This document shows, piece by piece, positions 59,012 to 64,000 of a stretch of DNA of 64,000 nt (position 1 is its first letter; every line of letters begins with the position of its first letter). The stretch comes from Candidatus Delongbacteria bacterium (GTDB lineage: Bacteria > CAIWAD01). Location: contig OY760505.1 in NCBI GenBank assembly GCA_963663545.1, forward strand, positions 32,001 to 96,000, read 5' to 3'. The position numbers and the translations under genes were made by a program. The notes under the pieces are model-generated. The model was not told the DNA's origin. It saw nothing but the letters and a program-made list of their open reading frames with translations, and did not search any database.

Positions 59012-59673
59012 AAGAGGAAGAACGCCCCGCGCAGCGTTTGTATCACGGCAAGCGCATTGAAGTTCACTTTGATAAATCGCGCTGCAACCACGTCGCTGAA
59101 TGCTTGCGTCGTCTGCCTAATGTGTTTGATCTGACGCGCAGACCCTGGATTCTTCCCGACGCGGCCGATGTGGATGAGCTGGCGCGTACGATAGAAGCCT
59201 GCCCGACCGGCGCCCTGCATTACCGTCGTCTGGATGGTGGCCCGCAGGAAGCGGCTCCGGACCGTAATACACTGCGAATCATGCCCCATGGACCCGCCTA
59301 TCTGCACGGCGAGTTGATTATCGTCGATGGCGAGGGTCACGAGCTCTTTCGTGATACAAGGATGGGCGTGTGCCGTTGCGGAAAGAGCGCGCACCCGCCC
59401 CATTGTGATGGTCGCCATTTGTACGAGGGTTTTCGAAACCGGCCCGAAAAACAGCATGACGCTGAATCTCTTCAGCAGACCCCGCCTGCAGGACCGCTGC
59501 GTGTCACCGTTCGTCCGGGAGGTAGTGTCCGTGTGGAAGGAGCGGTGGAGATCCAGGATCGAAGCGGCGAGGCACTTGCGCGACGAGATCGTGTCTCGAT
59601 ATGCGCCTGCGGACGGACAAAGGCATCGCCCTGGTGTGACGGTAGCCACCGTGATACGGCCCCCGAAGAGTAA
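59008..59673 (+). CDS. Iron-sulfur protein: divergent 4Fe-4S domain plus two CDGSH domains
   Basis: CNHVAEC...CPTGAL; CRCGKSAHPPHCDGRH; CACGRTKASPWCDGSH. Confidence 0.9.
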   Translation: MKEEERPAQRLYHGKRIEVHFDKSRCNHVAECLRRLPNVFDLTRRPWILPDAADVDELARTIEACPTGALHYRRLDGGPQEAAPDRNTLRIMPHGPAYLHGELIIVDGEGHELFRDTRMGVCRCGKSAHPPHCDGRHLYEGFRNRPEKQHDAESLQQTPPAGPLRVTVRPGGSVRVEGAVEIQDRSGEALARRDRVSICACGRTKASPWCDGSHRDTAPEE

Positions 59674-59681
59674 TACGAAGC

Positions 59682-60551
59682 ATGAGCAGACAGTACAGCC
59701 GCTTGAATCTTGCCGCACGCCTGTGTGAAAGCGGGTTGCCGCTGGTGATGGGAATCCTCAATCGTACTCCCGATTCCTTTTCCGACGGGGGCAACTACTA
59801 CGACCATGAAGATCCAGCACAATTGGAGCGCGCGTTAACTCGCGCAAAAGTCATGATCCAGCAGGGTGCAAGGATCATTGATGTTGGAGGCGAATCAACT
59901 CGCCCCGGCAGTCTTCCCGTGAGCCAGGAAGAAGAGCTGACGCGTGTGCTACCTGTTGTGCGTGAGCTGGTTCGAGGTGACCAATGCTGGGTGTCCGTTG
60001 ATACGCAACGTGCTGAAGTGGCAAGGTTGTGTCTGCGCGAAGGCGCTCATCTCATTAACGATGTCTCAGCCGGCGAGCGTGATTCGCGCATGTTCGATGT
60101 TGTGAGCGAGGCTGGAGCCCTCTATTGCGCGATGCACATGAAGGGCAGGCCGGAGAACATGCAGCACGATCCCCGCTACGACGACGTCGTTGATGAAGTG
60201 GCCGACTATCTGCGCACGCGCGTTTCACTGCTGGAACAAACAGGGCTTGCGCGCGATCACATTCTGCTGGATCCGGGAATAGGTTTTGGGAAAACCCTTG
60301 AGCACAATTTGCAGTTGATGGCGCAGCTCCGGCATTTCTCAGAAGGCGGATATGCGGTTCTGCTGGGCGCATCACGCAAGAGTTTCCTGCAACAGCTGGA
60401 TGGTAGTCCCGTGGATCAGCGACTGGGTGGAAGCCTGGCTGTGGCGCTGATGGCCGCGGCTCAAGGAGTCCGTGTGATACGCGTCCACGATGTGCAGGAA
60501 ACAGTCCAGGCGTTGCGGGTTCATTACGAGCTTGTGTCACGCTCAATGTGA
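59682..60551 (+). CDS. folP: Dihydropteroate synthase
   Basis: MGILNRTPDSFSDGG, DVGGESTRPG, LDPGIGFGK, GASRKSF, IRVHDV. Confidence 0.96.
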   Translation: MSRQYSRLNLAARLCESGLPLVMGILNRTPDSFSDGGNYYDHEDPAQLERALTRAKVMIQQGARIIDVGGESTRPGSLPVSQEEELTRVLPVVRELVRGDQCWVSVDTQRAEVARLCLREGAHLINDVSAGERDSRMFDVVSEAGALYCAMHMKGRPENMQHDPRYDDVVDEVADYLRTRVSLLEQTGLARDHILLDPGIGFGKTLEHNLQLMAQLRHFSEGGYAVLLGASRKSFLQQLDGSPVDQRLGGSLAVALMAAAQGVRVIRVHDVQETVQALRVHYELVSRSM

Positions 60552-61252
60552 TACGCAGCGTGCCGTGCTCGTAGCCAGCGCACTCCCACCAGATCGTAGA
60601 TCCCCACCCACAAGCGGTTGTGCAAACCGTACTTGGTGCGGCCAGCACCCCTTGGACGGTGATTTACATCGATCTCGCCCAGACGATATCCATTGAGCAG
60701 AAACAGGGTAGGAAGAAAACGGTGCATGCCTTTGAATTGCGGTAGGTGCATGGCGCATTCGCGACGAAAAACCCGTATCGAACAGCCCACGTCTCGAACC
60801 GAGTAGCCCACCATCGCATTGCGTGTACCGTTGGCAATGCGCGACGAGAGTTTGCGCAGCCAGTTGTCCTGCCGCTTTCGACGGTATCCATTAACCGCGT
60901 CCACTTGTGTGTCACGCAAGGTCCTGAGCAGGCGAGGCAAATCGGACGGATCGTTTTGTCCGTCTCCGTCGAGCATGCTGAATAGCTCACCCTTGGCTAC
61001 GCTGAAACCTGCAAGAAGTGCTGCGCTTTGGCCGCTTCCAGCAGCGAGCTTCAGTAGTCTGTGGGGCCCTGCTGCATCGTGCATCTGTTGAAGCAAGTGG
61101 CGGCTGCCATCCTGCGAGAAATCGTCTACCCAGATACATTCCCAGCTCACCACTCCGGTCAGCGCCTGTTCCAGCTCTGCGGCCAGACCAGGAATGCTCT
61201 CTACTTCATCTCGCACGGGAATGACAATGCTCAGTTCAACAGGGCCGGTCAT
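60524..61252 (-). CDS. GT2 polyprenyl-phosphate glycosyltransferase (DPM1/ArnC-like)
   Basis: SIVIPVRDE, VDDFSQDGS, LDGDGQNDP, HRFLPTL, HRPRGAGRTKYG. Confidence 0.9.
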   Translation of the reverse strand: MTGPVELSIVIPVRDEVESIPGLAAELEQALTGVVSWECIWVDDFSQDGSRHLLQQMHDAAGPHRLLKLAAGSGQSAALLAGFSVAKGELFSMLDGDGQNDPSDLPRLLRTLRDTQVDAVNGYRRKRQDNWLRKLSSRIANGTRNAMVGYSVRDVGCSIRVFRRECAMHLPQFKGMHRFLPTLFLLNGYRLGEIDVNHRPRGAGRTKYGLHNRLWVGIYDLVGVRWLRARHAAYHIERDTSS

Positions 61253-62817
61253 GGCTGGGGCCTCCAGTACACAAGAATCCAGGTGTGAGCGTGATCCGGC
61301 CGGAAGGGATCGGGGAAGACACGGCGCAAAACCTCTTCTGTAGGCAGCTGAAACTTGCGCAGTTCGTTCTCTTCGGCCATCAGATATCCGCCCCTTGGTT
61401 GTTGTTGAAACAGCTGCTCATCGTTCAAGATTTGTAACACGGGGCGATGCAGATAGAAGCTGGCAGAGTAGCGGTCATTGCGCCAGTTCGCCAGCAGAGC
61501 CTCTTCCGCGAGTGTATCACGCACAGCCTGGTAGAAGGGGCGTGGGCAGCGGTAATCGTTGATCTGAGGCAAGAGAATCCACGCTGCAGAGAAGAGGGCT
61601 ACAGCCAGCAAGAATGATCCGCGCAGCCAATGCCCCCGAACCAACTGCGAGCGCAGCAGCCACCATGAGCTGCCCCATAGCGGGATCGCCGTTAGAAGCC
61701 CGGGAAGCCCCCACCCCTTCCATGCCGCCCAGGGCAACGCCAGCAATACGAGAAGTGCAATCCACTGTGGCAGGTGATACAAAAGTAGCAGCGGGTTTCG
61801 ATTGCGCAACGGTCTTGCCGGACTCAGTACAAGGAGCAAACAAAGTGCCGGAGCAATTGATAACAGATAGTGCGCGCGCTTCGAGGTCGCCATACTGAGT
61901 AGAAGTATCGGTGCAACAAAACCCGTCCAAAGCGCAGAGATAGCACCTGCGGGAAGACCGGAGCGTCGTGTGTCACGCAAGGGAAGCAATAGTAGCCAGG
62001 GCAGAAAGCCGGGCAGCGCACCTAGGTAGTACCACCAGGCTTCGCGGTGTACGTTAAACTCCTCCTTGCCCACGCGATCTAGCGTTTCTCTGCGCCAGAT
62101 ATCCATCGCATCAGGAACCCTGTGTAGCACGGCCAAGAACCAAGGGAGGATGATCAGAAGCTGAATTGCCAGCAGCAGCAGCCAACCGCTGGCACCCAGC
62201 AAGGTTTTCTGGCCGTTGCGTACGCGCACCAACTCGCCCACTATCAGCGCTGGAAGAAGAAAAATCCAGATTAGCGGTCCTTTGATCATAAAACCCAGGG
62301 CAAGTGCAAGAGCGATCAAGGACTGCCAGCCGCGATGCCGAGCACCGTGCAGCACGAGCCGCATCCATGCCCAAAGGCCAAACATCGTGCAACTCATCAG
62401 CAAGGCTTCCAGCTCGGCCATGCGCCCCATGCCGAAAACCAGTGGGAAGGTGATCCAAACGAATCCACTGCGCCAGAGAACGGCCTGGGTGGCCTTGCGT
62501 CGCTGTAACAAATCCAGCAGCATCCAGAGGCTGAGCAGACAGGCCAACAGTGAAGGAATGCGTGCGGCAAATTCGCTGACGCCGAACAAGCTCATGCTAC
62601 CGGCGATCAGCCAATAGGCCAAGGGCGGCTTTGTAATGAATGGGGTACCGTTCAGGTGCGGTACAAGCCACTCGTTATCCGCAATCATCTGGCGCGCCGT
62701 CTCGCTGCGGCGAGATTCACCATGAGCTCCCCAGAAACCCTGCATGGGAAGTGCAGCGGTCCAGACCAGCAGCGCCGTCAACAGGATCATCGGAAGAATG
62801 AGAGCCTTGCGCGTCAT
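61249..62817 (-). CDS. ArnT/GT39-like membrane glycosyltransferase
   Basis: ESRRSETARQM..WLVPHLNG..KPPLAYW, FAARIPS, KGP, SKRAHYLL. Confidence 0.88.
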   Translation of the reverse strand: MTRKALILPMILLTALLVWTAALPMQGFWGAHGESRRSETARQMIADNEWLVPHLNGTPFITKPPLAYWLIAGSMSLFGVSEFAARIPSLLACLLSLWMLLDLLQRRKATQAVLWRSGFVWITFPLVFGMGRMAELEALLMSCTMFGLWAWMRLVLHGARHRGWQSLIALALALGFMIKGPLIWIFLLPALIVGELVRVRNGQKTLLGASGWLLLLAIQLLIILPWFLAVLHRVPDAMDIWRRETLDRVGKEEFNVHREAWWYYLGALPGFLPWLLLLPLRDTRRSGLPAGAISALWTGFVAPILLLSMATSKRAHYLLSIAPALCLLLVLSPARPLRNRNPLLLLYHLPQWIALLVLLALPWAAWKGWGLPGLLTAIPLWGSSWWLLRSQLVRGHWLRGSFLLAVALFSAAWILLPQINDYRCPRPFYQAVRDTLAEEALLANWRNDRYSASFYLHRPVLQILNDEQLFQQQPRGGYLMAEENELRKFQLPTEEVLRRVFPDPFRPDHAHTWILVYWRPQP

Positions 62818-63422
62818 GACGCTTCTACCTTGGGGAGATAGCGGAGATAGAGGTTGCGAATGTAGGTCCATAATCCGAAAGCTGAGCCCATAAGGATCAC
62901 CCAGTCATGACGATGGCCAGCGTAAAGAAGAATCAGGAGGGCGCCGAAAAGGGACAGCCACCAGAAAGGCGTTGTCAGCTCGGCTTTGCCGTCGGACTCT
63001 AGAGAATACCACTGCACGGGAAAACGCGACAGTAGAAGCGTTTGTCCGATCCAGCCTGCTAGTAAAACCAGCATGTGGTCTTCGTGAATGGAAGGCGCGT
63101 GATACATCAGTAGCAGCTCAACCAAAATCAACGCAATTAGAATTACTCTGCGAAGGTGAAGTCCGATACGTGGCGAGCGAGGGAAGTAGCGCAGCTGCAG
63201 ATTGCGCAAATAAATGAGTGCGCCAACCGCTTGTCCAAAACTGATGATCAGATCGTGTCCCACTACCGCGTAGGTGCCCAGTAGCAGCGCTCCGCAGAGA
63301 CTCATCTCCCAGTAGCCCGCCGGAACATGGCTTTTACCGGTTCGCTCAGTTTGGATGAGTTGCAACGCTTGGCGACCGAAGTAGCAGACTTGGCCTAAAA
63401 ATCCCAGCGCCATGTAATACAA
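62814..63422 (-). CDS. Lipid-A-disaccharide synthase N-terminal (LAB_N) domain membrane protein, two copies of the domain
   Basis: GFLGQVCYFGR..Q..ER..KSHVPAGYW and GWIGQTLLLSRFPVQWYSLES..PFWWLSLFG..YIRNL. Confidence 0.82.
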   Translation of the reverse strand: MYYMALGFLGQVCYFGRQALQLIQTERTGKSHVPAGYWEMSLCGALLLGTYAVVGHDLIISFGQAVGALIYLRNLQLRYFPRSPRIGLHLRRVILIALILVELLLMYHAPSIHEDHMLVLLAGWIGQTLLLSRFPVQWYSLESDGKAELTTPFWWLSLFGALLILLYAGHRHDWVILMGSAFGLWTYIRNLYLRYLPKVEAS

Positions 63423-63487
63423 AGGATCTCTCTCCTCGAAGACGCCAACAATGTGTTAGTTTCTGTGTGACATCCAAAGGGACGAAC

Positions 63488-63997
63488 ATGACTGCTAACA
63501 CTGATACGACACAAGATCACACTGGACAGGCTCTTCCCGCAGGTCTCCAGGGTGACTTGTTTTTCCTGCGAGCAAACCAGCAGGATCTGAAAGAACTGGT
63601 TGAGTTGGAACAGCTCTGTTTCGATGATCCATGGTCTGCGGATCTGATGAGTGAGAGCATGGAGTCCGCTTGGGCTCTTGCGATCCTTTGTCGCACACCC
63701 GATGGACAGCTTGCCGGAGCCGCGTTGGGACAATGTGTTGCCGGTGAGGCAGAACTGCACTCGCTTGCCATCAGGCCAGAGTTTCGTGGCCACGGCTGGG
63801 GGCTTCGGCTACTGAATGCCTTTCTGGATGAATGCCGCCATGCCCGTGCCGAAGTCTGCTATCTGGACGTGCGCGAAGGCAATCAACCCGCGCTCGCCCT
63901 ATATCAGAAAGTTGGCTTCACGCTGGATGGCCGGCGTCGCGCGTATTACAGCAACGGCGAGGACGCATTACTGATGAGCCTAGTGCTCGATCACTGA
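63488..63997 (+). CDS. rimI: Ribosomal-protein-alanine N-acetyltransferase (GNAT)
   Basis: LEQLCFDDPWS, EAELHSLAIRPEFRGHGWG, LDVREGN..ALALY..GF..RRAYY..GEDALLM. Confidence 0.9.
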   Translation: MTANTDTTQDHTGQALPAGLQGDLFFLRANQQDLKELVELEQLCFDDPWSADLMSESMESAWALAILCRTPDGQLAGAALGQCVAGEAELHSLAIRPEFRGHGWGLRLLNAFLDECRHARAEVCYLDVREGNQPALALYQKVGFTLDGRRRAYYSNGEDALLMSLVLDH

Positions 63998-64000
63998 TTA

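Overview
A 64 kb, GC-rich (about 58-59% by eye) bacterial chromosomal window. It is probably from an FCB-group/Calditrichota/Delongbacteria-like diderm; this is inferred from a FlgD/T9SS-like C-terminal tail, a fused homoaconitase and LPS-related genes. Most of it is housekeeping: accA, yajC, def, fmt, dxr, rseP, tldE/tldD, clpC, tilS-hpt-ftsH...folP, rimI and three tRNAs. It also carries a TatT-type TRAP transporter, several sensor kinases, stress genes and an ArnT/GT2 lipid-modification cluster. A 2.3 kb decayed element sits in tRNA-Leu(TAA), with a 52-bp att duplication, an integrase remnant, arm-type repeats and a rod-like RNA structure. The most striking unexplained signal is the non-palindromic octamer GTGATACA/TGTATCAC. 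I counted at least 46 exact copies by eye, against roughly 1-2 expected, plus many one-mismatch variants. Copies occur on both strands and in several reading frames, crowd poorly conserved genes and avoid conserved ones, which resembles a DNA-uptake or HIP1-like genome-wide signal. Other notable items are a secreted protein with six near-identical 85-aa repeats, a secreted two-domain-repeat protein, and a long intergenic hairpin.
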